Source: Myxococcales bacterium (lineage in GTDB: Bacteria; Myxococcota_A; UBA9042; JABWCM01; BTVJ01). From it: 64,000 bases of DNA. Positions 9,911-19,413 of this stretch are shown here, in pieces. Within the stretch, counting starts at the first letter, position 1. Every line of letters begins with the position of its first letter. Where the stretch lies: contig BTVJ01000006.1 in NCBI GenBank assembly GCA_045863395.1, positions 64,001-128,000 on the forward strand, written 5' to 3'. The notes under the pieces are model-generated. The model did no database searches. It had not been told where the DNA came from and saw only the letters and a program-made list of their open reading frames with translations. A program made the translations under genes and the position numbers.

Positions 9911-11707
9911 TCAGTCGACCTTCAGGATCGCGAGGAAGGCGTCCTGCGGCAGCTCGATCTGCCCCACCTGCTTCATGCGGCGCTTCCCCTTCTTCTGCTT
10001 CTCCAGGAGCTTGCGCTTGCGGGTGATGTCGCCCCCGTAGCACTTGGCGGTCACGTCCTTGCGGAAGGCCTTCTGGGTCGTCCGCGCGATGACCTTGCTG
10101 CCGATGGCCGCCTGGATGGCCACCTCGTACTGCTGCCGGGGGATGACCTCCTTCATCTTGACCGTCAGGTCCCGCCCCTTCTGGTAGGCGCGGTCGCTGT
10201 GGCAGATCAGGGACAGGGCGTCCACCGGCTCGCCGTTGATCAGGATGTCCAGGCGGACCAGGTTGTCCTGGCGGAAGGTGAGGAACTCGTAGTCCACCGA
10301 GCCGTAGCCGCGGGTCACCGTCTTCAGCTTGTCGAAGAAGTCGAAGATCACCTCGGACAGCGGGAGCTCGTAGGTGACCATGAGCCGCGTCGGCGACAGG
10401 TACTTCATCTCCCGCTGGATGCCCCGCCGGTCGTTGCACAGCTTGAGGATGGCCCCCGCGTACTCGGACGGCGCGTGGATGGTCGCCCGGACGATGGGCT
10501 CCTCGATGTGCGACAGCTTCTGCACGGGGGGCAGGTTCTTCGGGTTGTCGATGCGGAGCTCTTCGCCGTCCTTGGTGAACGCCTTGTAGATCACGTTCGG
10601 GGCCGTCGTGATCAGGTCGAGGTCGTACTCCCGCTCCAGCCGCTCCTGGATGACCTCCATGTGCAGCATCCCGAGGAAGCCGCACCGGAAGCCGAAGCCC
10701 AGGGCGCCCGAGCTCTCCGGCTCGAAGGTGAACGAGCTGTCGTTGAGCGACAGCTTCTCGATGCTGTCGCGCAGGTCCTCGAAGTCCGCCGAGTCCACGG
10801 GGAAGATGCCGCTGTAGACCATGGGCTGCTGGCGCTTGAAGCCGGGGAACGGCTCCGCCGTGCGGTGCCTGAAGTCGGTGAGGGTGTCGCCGACCCGCAG
10901 GTCCTTCAGGTCTTTGATGCCCGTGATCACGTAGCCGACCTGGCCGGGCATGAGCTGGTCCATGGGCACCGGCCGCGGTGTGAAGACCCCGAGCTCCTGG
11001 ATCTCTGCCTCCACCTTCGTGCCCATGATGAACAGGCGCTGGCCCTTGGACAGGGTGCCGTCCAGCAGCCGCACCAGGATGACCACGCCCCGGTAGGAGT
11101 CGTACCAGCTATCGAAGATCAGGGCCTTGGTGGGTGAGCCCGGCTCCGTCTTCGGCGGCGGGATGCGCGCGACGACGGCCTCCAGCAGCTCGCCGATGCC
11201 CTCCCCCGTCTTGGCGCTTACGAGGATGGCGTCGTGGGCCGGGATGCCGATGCCGTCCTCCAGCTCCTCGATGATCTCGTCGGGCCGGGCGCTGGGTAGA
11301 TCGATCTTGTTGAGGACCGGGATCAGCTCCAGGTCCCGGTCCAGCGCCAGGTAGATGTTCGAGACGGTCTGCGCCTCCACGCCCTGGGCCGCGTCCACGA
11401 CCAGGATGGCCCCCTCGCAGGCTGCCAGCGACCGTGACACCTCGTAGCTGAAGTCGACGTGCCCGGGCGTGTCGATGAGGTTCAGGTGGTAGTCGTGGCC
11501 GTCCGCCGCTCTATAGATGATGCGGCAGGTCTGGCTCTTGATGGTGATGCCGCGCTCACGCTCCAGGTCCATGCTGTCGAGGAGCTGCGCCTGCATGTCG
11601 CGCTGCGCGACGGAGCCCGTCACCTCGATCAGCCGGTCCGCCAGCGTGGACTTGCCGTGGTCGATGTGCGCGATGATCGAAAAGTTGCGGATGCGGTCGA
11701 TTCTCAT
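9911..11707 (-). CDS. lepA: Elongation factor 4 (GTPase LepA)
   Basis: [34 protein letters not shown]-terminal [18 protein letters not shown]; 598 aa from ATG 11707. Confidence 0.99.
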   Translation of the reverse strand: MRIDRIRNFSIIAHIDHGKSTLADRLIEVTGSVAQRDMQAQLLDSMDLERERGITIKSQTCRIIYRAADGHDYHLNLIDTPGHVDFSYEVSRSLAACEGAILVVDAAQGVEAQTVSNIYLALDRDLELIPVLNKIDLPSARPDEIIEELEDGIGIPAHDAILVSAKTGEGIGELLEAVVARIPPPKTEPGSPTKALIFDSWYDSYRGVVILVRLLDGTLSKGQRLFIMGTKVEAEIQELGVFTPRPVPMDQLMPGQVGYVITGIKDLKDLRVGDTLTDFRHRTAEPFPGFKRQQPMVYSGIFPVDSADFEDLRDSIEKLSLNDSSFTFEPESSGALGFGFRCGFLGMLHMEVIQERLEREYDLDLITTAPNVIYKAFTKDGEELRIDNPKNLPPVQKLSHIEEPIVRATIHAPSEYAGAILKLCNDRRGIQREMKYLSPTRLMVTYELPLSEVIFDFFDKLKTVTRGYGSVDYEFLTFRQDNLVRLDILINGEPVDALSLICHSDRAYQKGRDLTVKMKEVIPRQQYEVAIQAAIGSKVIARTTQKAFRKDVTAKCYGGDITRKRKLLEKQKKGKRRMKQVGQIELPQDAFLAILKVD

Positions 11708-12675
11708 GCGGGGGTGCCGGGCTCCTCTTTCGCGAGCGCATCCACGAAGTACTGGTAGGTGATCTCCAGCCCCTGCTCCAGGCTGACGACGGGCTCCCAT
11801 CCCAACAGCGAGTGGGTGCGCGTTATGTCCGGCCGGCGGGTCTTGGGGTCGTCCTCCGGCAGCGGCTCCTTCACGATCTTCAGGTTCGGTGCGTACCGGT
11901 CGCGGATCAGCTCCGCGAACTGCATGATCGTGAACTCGTGGGGGTTTCCGACGTTGTACGGCGAGTGGTCGCCCCGGGTCAGCACCCGCCAGATGCCCTC
12001 CACCAGGTCGGTCACGTAGCAGAAGCTGCGGGTCTGGGCCCCCTCGCCGAAGACCGTGAGGGGCTCGCCGCGAATGGCCTGCGACATGAAGGCCGGGACC
12101 ACGCGGCCATCGTTCAGGCGCATGCGGGGTCCGTAGGTGTTGAAGATGCGCACGATGCGGGTGTCGACACCGTGGAAGCGGTGGTAGGCCATGGTCATGG
12201 CCTCGGCGAAGCGCTTGGCCTCGTCGTACACGCCTCGCGGCCCCACCGGATTGACGTTCCCCCAGTAGGTCTCGGGCTGCGGATGAAGCAGGGGGTCGCC
12301 GTAGACCTCGCTGGTCGAGGCCAGCAGGAAGGTCGCCCCCTTGGCCTTGGCCAGGCCCAGCGCCTTGTGCGTGCCCAGCGAGCCCACTTTCAGGGTCTGG
12401 ATGGGCAGGCGCAGGTAGTCGATGGGGCTGGCGGGCGACGCGAAGTGGAGGACCGTGTCCAGCTCACCGGGGACATGGATGTAGTCCGTCACGTCCAGCA
12501 TCAGGAACCGGAAGCGCGGCTTGCCCATGAGGTGGGCGATGTTGTCCAGGCTGCCGGTGATCAGGTTGTCGACGCAGATGACGTCGCAGCCCTCGGCGTG
12601 GAAGCGCTCGCAGAGGTGGGACCCGAGGAAGCCGGCGCCCCCCGTGATCAGGACGCGGCGTGGCTGGTGGTTCAC
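11704..12675 (-). CDS. UDP-glucuronate decarboxylase-like NAD-dependent epimerase/dehydratase
   Basis: [33 protein letters not shown] (YxxxK), [20 protein letters not shown]. Confidence 0.92.
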   Translation of the reverse strand: MNHQPRRVLITGGAGFLGSHLCERFHAEGCDVICVDNLITGSLDNIAHLMGKPRFRFLMLDVTDYIHVPGELDTVLHFASPASPIDYLRLPIQTLKVGSLGTHKALGLAKAKGATFLLASTSEVYGDPLLHPQPETYWGNVNPVGPRGVYDEAKRFAEAMTMAYHRFHGVDTRIVRIFNTYGPRMRLNDGRVVPAFMSQAIRGEPLTVFGEGAQTRSFCYVTDLVEGIWRVLTRGDHSPYNVGNPHEFTIMQFAELIRDRYAPNLKIVKEPLPEDDPKTRRPDITRTHSLLGWEPVVSLEQGLEITYQYFVDALAKEEPGTPA

Positions 12676-12866
12676 TCCGAGCCTCCTGGCTTCTCGAGCA
12701 GGTCGAGCTGGGTCGGCAGCAGGTGCTTGTGCTGCTCCAGGATCAGGTCGATGCCGGCCCGGATGTACTCGGCGACCGGGCGCTCCGTCCGCTGGGAGAG
12801 CAGCTTGAGGCGCTCGTCCTGGCGGGTGGTGATGTAGACGGTCGTCGAGATCTTGCGCCGCGCCAT
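12672..12866 (-). CDS. Ribbon-helix-helix DNA-binding protein (64 aa)
   Basis: [13 protein letters not shown] beta strand followed by LKLLS...[14 protein letters not shown] helices; AAGGAGG RBS; stop overlaps the next start (GTGA). Confidence 0.85.
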   Translation of the reverse strand: MARRKISTTVYITTRQDERLKLLSQRTERPVAEYIRAGIDLILEQHKHLLPTQLDLLEKPGGSE

Positions 12867-12954
12867 GTGACCTCCTTGGAGGGCGTCTGCGGGTGCCCCT
12901 CTGTGGGCGGGAGACACGGGGACCACCCCCGGGGACCGGGCCGTGAGCCGGCGT

Positions 12955-12983
12955 ACACTACTCGCCGCGCCATATAGTGTCAA
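12955..12983 (-). promoter_or_regulatory. Sigma70-type promoter of the RHH-uxs-lepA-lepB operon with overlapping inverted repeat
   Basis: Minus strand TTGACA-17 nt-TAGTGT; plus strand ACACTA-N14-TAGTGT inverted repeat. Confidence 0.65.
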
Positions 12984-13071
12984 ACCCGTTCGAGATCGGC
13001 CGGGAGCTTGCGGTGCGGGTGGTTCCTCCGCTACGTTTGGCCTCCGCACGCAGGACACAGGAGCAGCCCCG

Positions 13072-14253
13072 ATGAAGTCGATGCCCGTTGTGCTCTTCAC
13101 AGTCGTTGCCCTCTCAGCCGCCGGCTGCGGAAAGCAGCAGGACACGCCGGCGGCGCCCGCGCTTGCCCCGCAGGGCGCACCGCCCGTGACCGGCGTGGCG
13201 CCCGCCCCGAACGCCGCCCCGGAGCCCTCGGCGGGCCTGGAGGCCCTGCTGCGGGACCGGGCGACGCGGTACGCGCCCAGCGCGCTCTGGAAGAACCGTC
13301 TCGGGCGCTTCCTGTTGGCGCGCGGGCAGGGGGACGAGGCCGCGCTGCTGCTGGAGGCGGCGGCCGCGGCCGACCCGGGGAACGCGGACTTCCGGCTGGA
13401 CGCGCTCCTGATCCGCGCGTCCCGCGCCGGCTCCATGCAGGGGCCCGACGTCGCCCAGGTCAGCGCGCTGCTTGGGGAGCCCGCGCCCCACGCGCAGGGG
13501 GCCGTGGCCGGCTCCGCGGCCGTGGGGCCGGCCAACTCCATGGCGCCGCCCCTCGCGCCGGCGCCGCCGGGCGCCGCCGTGGCACCGCAGGCGGTGGCCG
13601 GCGCCGCGCCGCACACCCCGCCCGGCCTCGCGGCCCAGCCCCCCGTGATGCCCGGTGCCGCACCCGAGGACCCACAGGCTGCCGCGGTGCGCCTCGCGCC
13701 GGTACCGCCGGTTCCCGCAGCGGCCGCGGACGCGCAGCCCGGGTTGCCGGGAGTGGGGGCGGTGCCGCCCGAGGCTCCGCCAGCGTCCTTCGAGGCGGCA
13801 GCGACCCGCGCCCGCGCGGCCGTTCAGAAGGGTGACCTGGCCCAGGCCGGCGCCATGTGGCAGGAGGCCCTGCGCTTCGACGGGCAGAGCGCCGAGGGCT
13901 GGCTCGGCCTGGCGGACGTGACGCTGATGCGCGGCGAGTCCAGCGCCGCCATCGGGCACTACAAGGAGGCGCTGCGGCTCGCCCCGCAGAACGCGGTCGT
14001 GGCCAAGCGGCTCGGGGATGCCTGCTTCCAGGCGCGCCAGAGTGACTGCGCCTTCTCCGCCTATGAGGTGGCCACTGCCGGCGAGCCCGTCTCCACCGAC
14101 GGCTACGTCTGGGTTCGCTGGGCCCACGTGGCGAACCAGCTCGGGAAGCGCGCTGTGGCAGAGAAGGCGCTCGCCGCCGCCGAGAAGCTCCTGCCCTCCG
14201 ACGACCGGGACCTGGCCACCGTCCGCAGCCTCCTGTCGGTCCCCGGCGAGTAG
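13072..14253 (+). CDS. TPR-repeat lipoprotein with Pro/Ala-rich linker
   Basis: AGGAG RBS; lipobox LSAAGC; TPR motifs (AEGWLGLADVTLMRGESSAAIGHYKEALRLAP). Confidence 0.75.
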   Translation: MKSMPVVLFTVVALSAAGCGKQQDTPAAPALAPQGAPPVTGVAPAPNAAPEPSAGLEALLRDRATRYAPSALWKNRLGRFLLARGQGDEAALLLEAAAAADPGNADFRLDALLIRASRAGSMQGPDVAQVSALLGEPAPHAQGAVAGSAAVGPANSMAPPLAPAPPGAAVAPQAVAGAAPHTPPGLAAQPPVMPGAAPEDPQAAAVRLAPVPPVPAAAADAQPGLPGVGAVPPEAPPASFEAAATRARAAVQKGDLAQAGAMWQEALRFDGQSAEGWLGLADVTLMRGESSAAIGHYKEALRLAPQNAVVAKRLGDACFQARQSDCAFSAYEVATAGEPVSTDGYVWVRWAHVANQLGKRAVAEKALAAAEKLLPSDDRDLATVRSLLSVPGE

Positions 14254-14266
14254 CGGGGCGCCCGGC

Positions 14267-14295
14267 TTGACTCGGCGGTGCGTCGGGGACACACT
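14267..14295 (+). promoter_or_regulatory. Possible sigma70-type promoter
   Basis: TTGACT-17 nt-CACACT upstream of ATG 14321. Confidence 0.4.
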
Positions 14296-14320
14296 CGCCC
14301 CACCAGACGGAAGGGGTCAC

Positions 14321-14914
14321 ATGATCGAACAGAGACGATGGACGGGGGTGGCGTTGGCCTTGGTGGCCGCCGGGTGCGCGAGCACGGGCACAAAGGGGGG
14401 CTCACAGGGGGAGCAGGGCATGGGGGTCCTCTCGTCGGAGGTCTCGGCGGACCTGGTGACCGAACGCTTCGACCTGAATGGCGACGGCAACGCGGACGTG
14501 TGGAAGCTCTACGAGGTGAAGGAGGGCGACGACCCGAACGCGCCGCGCCGTGTCGTGCGCAAGGACCTGGACATCAACTTCGACGGGCGGGTGGACATCC
14601 GCAAGCACTACGCCCCGAACGGCGAGATGACCAAGGAAGAGATGGACCTGGACTTCGACGGCCGCATCGATGCCATCAGCAACTACCGCGAGGGCAAGCT
14701 GTTCATGAGGGAGATGGACATGGCCTTCGACGGCAAGCCCGACGTCTGGAAGTACTACGAGAACGGGGAGCTGATCAGGAAGGAGCGGGACTCCAACGGG
14801 GACGGCGCGCCGGACCTGTGGGAGTACTACCAGGGGGGCAATCTGGTCCGTATCGGCAAGGACATGGATGCCAACGGGGAGCCCGAGTACTTCGAGGACA
14901 TCACGCCGGAGTGA
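14321..14914 (+). CDS. Lipoprotein with six DxDxDG-type (Ca-binding-like) beta-hairpin repeats
   Basis: Lipobox VAAGC; ~24-aa repeats DLNGDG, DINFDG, DLDFDG, DMAFDG, DSNGDG, DMDANG. Confidence 0.75.
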   Translation: MIEQRRWTGVALALVAAGCASTGTKGGSQGEQGMGVLSSEVSADLVTERFDLNGDGNADVWKLYEVKEGDDPNAPRRVVRKDLDINFDGRVDIRKHYAPNGEMTKEEMDLDFDGRIDAISNYREGKLFMREMDMAFDGKPDVWKYYENGELIRKERDSNGDGAPDLWEYYQGGNLVRIGKDMDANGEPEYFEDITPE

Positions 14915-14942
14915 GCGGCGTTCGCGTCGCGGGGAGCACACC

Positions 14943-15278
14943 ATGAGCTGCATCTTCTGCAAGATCGCCGAGGGCACTATCCCGGCGAAGGTGCTCCACG
15001 AGGACGACCGCTGCGTCGCGTTTGCCGACCTGAGCCCGCAGGCGCCATTTCACGCACTGGTGATCCCGAGGGAGCACATCGCCGGCCTGGGCGACGCGGG
15101 TCCCGCCCACGAGGCCCTTCTAGGCCATCTGGCCCTCGTCGGGTCCCGCCTGGCGCGAGAGGCCGGCCACGCCGCGTGGCGGATCAACGTCAACACCGGC
15201 GCCCAGGCTGGCCAGTCGGTCTTCCACCTGCACCTGCACGTGCTGGCGGGCCGGTCCTTCGCGTGGCCCCCGGGCTGA
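14943..15278 (+). CDS. HIT family (HinT-like) nucleotide-binding protein
   Basis: MSCIFCKI...PQAPFHALVIP...GQSVFHLHLHVLAGR..WPPG. Confidence 0.95.
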   Translation: MSCIFCKIAEGTIPAKVLHEDDRCVAFADLSPQAPFHALVIPREHIAGLGDAGPAHEALLGHLALVGSRLAREAGHAAWRINVNTGAQAGQSVFHLHLHVLAGRSFAWPPG

Positions 15279-15309
15279 CGGCACTCGGTCTGCGCCCCTG
15301 GAGCCGCTG

Positions 15310-15930
15310 TCAGAGCTTGTAGACCTTCAAGTTGTCGAACCAGAGCGGCGTGTCCCAGTTGTTGAAGCCGAACGTCCGGCCGCGCACCGGGGCCTTGTCG
15401 GGGTAGCTCATGAAGAGCTTGCCGTCGATGAACCAGTGGAGCGTGTCGCCATCCCGGGCGATGGCCCAGCGGTAGGTCCGCCCCCGCTCGACGAGCCCGT
15501 CCGTGGACGTCAGCCGGTCGTTGCCGTGCTCGTCCTTGCGGGCGATGATCGACAGGGTGTTCTTCCAGCCGCCCTGGATCAGCACGTAGCCCGCCTGGTG
15601 GGTGGGCCCCTCCGCGAAGATCTCGCACTTGATGTCCCCGTCGGGCCCCTCGCTGCGGGCGTCGAACTCCACGCGGGTCTTGTCGGGGAGCTGCTCCAGG
15701 AGCCACAGGCCGCCGTTCTTGTCGGTGGGTGCGTGGACCTGCCCGTCCACGATGCGCCAGTTGCGCCCCGCCTGGCGCCACTTGTCGCCCAGCTCGGCGC
15801 GGTTGAAGTCGTCTTCGAAGACCAGCGTGCCGCCCGTCAGCAGCTTCTGCGGGTCCGTCCCCGGCGAGGCGGTGCCCTGGGGCTTCGTGCAGCCGGCGAG
15901 CAGCGCGAGGAGGATCAGGCAGCGGACCAT
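15310..15930 (-). CDS. Lipoprotein with concanavalin A-like beta-sandwich domain
   Basis: Lipobox LLAGC; VFEDDF...W.IVDG... and C-terminal FDNLKVY typical of lectin/glucanase folds. Confidence 0.65.
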   Translation of the reverse strand: MVRCLILLALLAGCTKPQGTASPGTDPQKLLTGGTLVFEDDFNRAELGDKWRQAGRNWRIVDGQVHAPTDKNGGLWLLEQLPDKTRVEFDARSEGPDGDIKCEIFAEGPTHQAGYVLIQGGWKNTLSIIARKDEHGNDRLTSTDGLVERGRTYRWAIARDGDTLHWFIDGKLFMSYPDKAPVRGRTFGFNNWDTPLWFDNLKVYKL

Positions 15931-15990
15931 GTGATGACCTCCAAGTGGGTGCAGGTGAGCCCGGACGCGGGCGACGCCGGTGCGACGAGC

Positions 15991-17502
15991 CTACGGCTCG
16001 GGCTTCGGGATGGCGGGCGGCGCTGGCGGGCGAAAGTGCTCCGTGACGGGCTGCGGGCGGGGTGGCGCGGGGACTGCGGACAAGGGCAGGAGGTCCGGCG
16101 GCACCTGGTCAGGGTCCGATGCCCCGCTCTGGGTGATCTCCTCCAGATCGTCCACCACCGGCAGGTCGTCACTGTCCCGGTCCATGACCGGCAGAGGGGT
16201 GAGCAGGCTGATGTCCGAGGGGGGCAGCACGTCCATCCAGGCGGCCATCAGATCTTCGCCGGTCATGCGGTCGGACGCCTGCATGGACTTGACCTTGGAC
16301 AGCTCGTCGGAGGTGCGCCGGAGCCGGATGGTCAGCGCCTTGATGAAGCTCCAGAGCATCTTCACGGCGATGGTGGAGTTCTTGCGGAGCACCCCGTAGA
16401 AGTCCTTGCGCGTGATGGTCAGGACCCGGACGTCGTCGCGGGCGACGGCGGTGGCGGAGCGCGGCGACGAGTCGACCAGCGACATCTCGCCGAAGTGTAC
16501 CCCTCGCTTGAGCACCGCGATCTCCACGTCACCCTTGCGGATGTCCACCGTGCCTGCGAGCAGGATGTAGAGCACGTCCTCGGCCACGCCCTCCTCGAAG
16601 ATCAGCTCGCCGGGGCGGAAGGTGCGCTCCCCCGCGATGTTCATGACCTTCACGAGCTCCTGGTAGCTCAAGTACTTGAACAGGGACAGGCCCTTGAGGG
16701 TCTCGAACTTCAGCTTGACGTGCTCGTAGTCCCCCTGCTTGTCGTCCTCCGCCACGGTCAAGTAGATGGCCGTGATGTTGTCCTTGCCGCCCTTGGCGTT
16801 GGCGAAGGTGATGAAGTCTTCGACGATCTTCTCCAGGTCGTCGCCCTTCGTCTTCTGGAGGATGATCTCCGAGTCCGTGTACCCGGTCAGGCCGTCCGAG
16901 CACAGCAGGTAGCGATCACCTGGCAGGATGTCGAAGTCGAGGGTGTCCACCTCCACCGACTCGTAGACGCCCACCGCGCGGGTGACGGCGTTCTTGAAGC
17001 GGTGGTCGATGTCCTTGAGGCTCTTGACCTTGCCGTGCTTGAGCAGCTCGTTGAGCAGCGAGTGGTCCTCGGTGAGCTGGTGTACCTGCCCCTGGCGCAC
17101 CAGGTAGACCCGGCTGTCCCCCACGTGGGCGACGAAGCCGCGGCCGCCGGCGACCAGCATCATGCTGACCGTCGTGCCCATGCCCCGCTGGCGGGGGTTG
17201 GCGAGGCCCTTCTCGAAGATGCGGTAGCAGGCGTGCTGAACCGAGTGCTCCAGGAGCGCCAGGATGTCCCGGCGGGTCACCGACGGGTCACCCTGCTCGA
17301 ACTCCTCCAGGATCTCCCGGTTCTTGAGGATGTTCTCGCGGATGACGTTGACGGCCGTGGCGCTCGCCACCTCACCGCAGGCGTGCCCGCCCATGCCGTC
17401 GGCGACGATGTAGAGCTGGTACTTGCGGTCGACGAGGAAGTTGTCCTCGTTGTGCTGTCGCACGCGGCCAACATCGGTGCGGGCTGCGAACTGGACTTGC
17501 AT
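15991..17502 (-). CDS. PP2C-type Ser/Thr phosphatase with C-terminal cyclic-nucleotide-binding domain
   Basis: TDVGRVRQHNED, VADGMGG, HVGDSR, LCSDGL, GGKDNIT; cNMP cassette FGEMSLVDSSPRSATA. Confidence 0.92.
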   Translation of the reverse strand: MQVQFAARTDVGRVRQHNEDNFLVDRKYQLYIVADGMGGHACGEVASATAVNVIRENILKNREILEEFEQGDPSVTRRDILALLEHSVQHACYRIFEKGLANPRQRGMGTTVSMMLVAGGRGFVAHVGDSRVYLVRQGQVHQLTEDHSLLNELLKHGKVKSLKDIDHRFKNAVTRAVGVYESVEVDTLDFDILPGDRYLLCSDGLTGYTDSEIILQKTKGDDLEKIVEDFITFANAKGGKDNITAIYLTVAEDDKQGDYEHVKLKFETLKGLSLFKYLSYQELVKVMNIAGERTFRPGELIFEEGVAEDVLYILLAGTVDIRKGDVEIAVLKRGVHFGEMSLVDSSPRSATAVARDDVRVLTITRKDFYGVLRKNSTIAVKMLWSFIKALTIRLRRTSDELSKVKSMQASDRMTGEDLMAAWMDVLPPSDISLLTPLPVMDRDSDDLPVVDDLEEITQSGASDPDQVPPDLLPLSAVPAPPRPQPVTEHFRPPAPPAIPKPEP

Positions 17503-17619
17503 TGCTCCCGTCCTCACGTCTCCGCCCCGGAGCGTGCGGTCGCACGGGCCCGGGCAGCGGTCATGCTGGCTCGGAACGTGGGTGCTGCGGGGGGCTGCCC
17601 TGTGCTCCGACGACGGCTC

Positions 17620-17648
17620 AAGGTACCAACGGCGCCGGTTCGCGTCAA
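17620..17648 (-). promoter_or_regulatory. Possible sigma70-type promoter for the PP2C gene
   Basis: Minus strand TTGACG-17 nt-TACCTT. Confidence 0.45.
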
Positions 17649-17766
17649 TCCTGCGTGAATCCCGGGGGATCGGCAGCGGGAGAAAGCCGTAAAGGCGGCC
17701 GCGCCCGCTGCCGATGAGGGTCGCGTTCACCTCGGAGCGCCCGGGGTCCTCTGGCTGGGAGGGTGC

Positions 17767-18582
17767 ATGAATCCATCGACCGTAATCGGAATGCTCGGCG
17801 GCGCCGCCCTTGTCGTTGGCACCATCTCCCTGTCGTCGGTCAGCGCCGGCTCCTTCTGGAGCGTGTCGAGCGTCTTGATCGTGCTCGGCGGCACTCTGGC
17901 CGCCACCTTCGTCAGCTACCCGCTGCGCGAGGTCATGCGCGTGATGCGGGTGTTCGGCATCGTGCTGCGCAACGAGCGGCTGTACGCCCAGGACGACATC
18001 GACGAGCTGGTCCAGGTCTCGAAGGAGTGGTTCAAGTTCGACCTCTCCGGCGTGGAGCACAAGGTGCGGAGCATCCGCAACCCCTTCCTCCGTACTGGGG
18101 TCCAGCTCGTCATCGACGGGACCCCCATCGACAAAGTGATGGACCTGCTGCGCTGGCGCATCTCGCGGCTCCAAGCGAGGGAGCGCGCCGAGGCGGCGCT
18201 GTTTCGCACCATGGCCCAGTTCGCGCCCGCCTTCGGCATGCTCGGCACCCTGGTGGGGCTCATCAACATGCTGTCGGGCCTGGCGACGGCGTCCGTGGGC
18301 GACATCGGACGCAACATGGCGCTGGCGCTGATCACGACGTTCTACGGCCTGATCCTGGCCAACATGATCTTCAAGCCCATCGCCGTGAAGCTGGAGCGGC
18401 GCACCGAGCGGCGCGTGATGCTCATGAACATGGTGCTCGAGGGCATCGCCATGCTGTCCGAGCGGCGCAGCCCCGGCTTCGTGAGGGAGACGCTCAACTC
18501 CTTCCTGACCCACTACGAGGACGAGCTGCGGCAGGATCCCCACGGCGCGCCGGTCCTCGCCGACGACCCGGCGGGGCTGTGA
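17767..18582 (+). CDS. motA: MotA/PomA-family stator subunit
   Basis: IVLGGTLAA, PFLRTGVQLVIDG, APAFGMLGTLVGLINML, ALITTFYGLILANMIFKPIA. Confidence 0.88.
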   Translation: MNPSTVIGMLGGAALVVGTISLSSVSAGSFWSVSSVLIVLGGTLAATFVSYPLREVMRVMRVFGIVLRNERLYAQDDIDELVQVSKEWFKFDLSGVEHKVRSIRNPFLRTGVQLVIDGTPIDKVMDLLRWRISRLQARERAEAALFRTMAQFAPAFGMLGTLVGLINMLSGLATASVGDIGRNMALALITTFYGLILANMIFKPIAVKLERRTERRVMLMNMVLEGIAMLSERRSPGFVRETLNSFLTHYEDELRQDPHGAPVLADDPAGL

Positions 18583-18590
18583 GGACCACG

Positions 18591-19388
18591 ATGGCTGAGG
18601 AGGCGCGAGACGAGCGGGAGCGGGAGGAGCCTTCGGGACGGGAGGAGGCGCCGAAGAGCCCCGAGGCGTTGCGACAGGAGGCCCACGCGCGGGCGGCCCT
18701 TGCGGCCAAGGCGGCCCGCTGGGAGTCCCAGCCCGCCGGCGAGGAGGACGAGAACGGGTGGGCGGTGACGTACCTCGACGTGCTCACGCTCCTCCTCACG
18801 CTGTTCGTCGCGCTGATGGCGCGGGCAACGCTGGACGTCGCGGAGACCAAGACGCACGACCCGCAGCCTGTCGTGGTCGCCGAGGACGAGGCCGCCGTGC
18901 AGGTCTCCGTCGTCGCCGCGCAGCTCCAGAAGGAGGAGGAGTCTCCCCCCGAGGAGCTGGAGGAGCTCGCCCGCGCGGGCCTGGGGGACAGCGTGGAGGT
19001 GCTCGCCGTGAAGGGGGGCATCCAGATCCGCATCGACGACAGCCTGCTCTTCGCGCCGGGCAAGGCGGACGTCAAGAAGGAGGGCCTCGCGCTCCTCGAC
19101 AAGCTCGCGACCTCGCTGCTGGCGCGTGGAAACGCGATCACCGTGGAGGGTCACACGGACGCGACGCCCATCCGGAGCGCGCGGTTCCCCTCCAACTGGG
19201 AGCTCTCCGCCGGGCGCGCGTCTGCCGTGGTCCGCGCCTTCGTAGACCGGGGCATCGCCCCGACCCGCCTCCGGGCCATCGGCTACGGAGACACCGTCCC
19301 CATCGCGAGCAATGACACCCCGGACGGACGGGCCCGGAACCGCCGCGTCGTGCTTACGCTCTCTGCCGGCTCCCGGGTCCGGCGATGA
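18591..19388 (+). CDS. motB: MotB-family stator subunit (TM plus OmpA-like peptidoglycan-binding domain)
   Basis: WAVTYLDVLTLLL (conserved Asp), VEGHTD, SNWELSAGRA, NRRV; ATG 8 nt after the motA stop. Confidence 0.88.
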   Translation: MAEEARDEREREEPSGREEAPKSPEALRQEAHARAALAAKAARWESQPAGEEDENGWAVTYLDVLTLLLTLFVALMARATLDVAETKTHDPQPVVVAEDEAAVQVSVVAAQLQKEEESPPEELEELARAGLGDSVEVLAVKGGIQIRIDDSLLFAPGKADVKKEGLALLDKLATSLLARGNAITVEGHTDATPIRSARFPSNWELSAGRASAVVRAFVDRGIAPTRLRAIGYGDTVPIASNDTPDGRARNRRVVLTLSAGSRVRR

Positions 19389-19413
19389 CTCACACCACTT
19401 TGGAGGACCGACG

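Noticed and set aside
8868..10685. 605-aa LepB or a lepA-lepB frameshift fusion
   Set aside because: The upstream extension overlaps lepA in another frame. lepA has its normal C-terminus and lepB has its own RBS.
17767..19388. Zorya (ZorAB) anti-phage system
   Set aside because: The A subunit is 271 aa with a canonical stator layout and no long tail, and there are no zorC/D/E-like neighbours.
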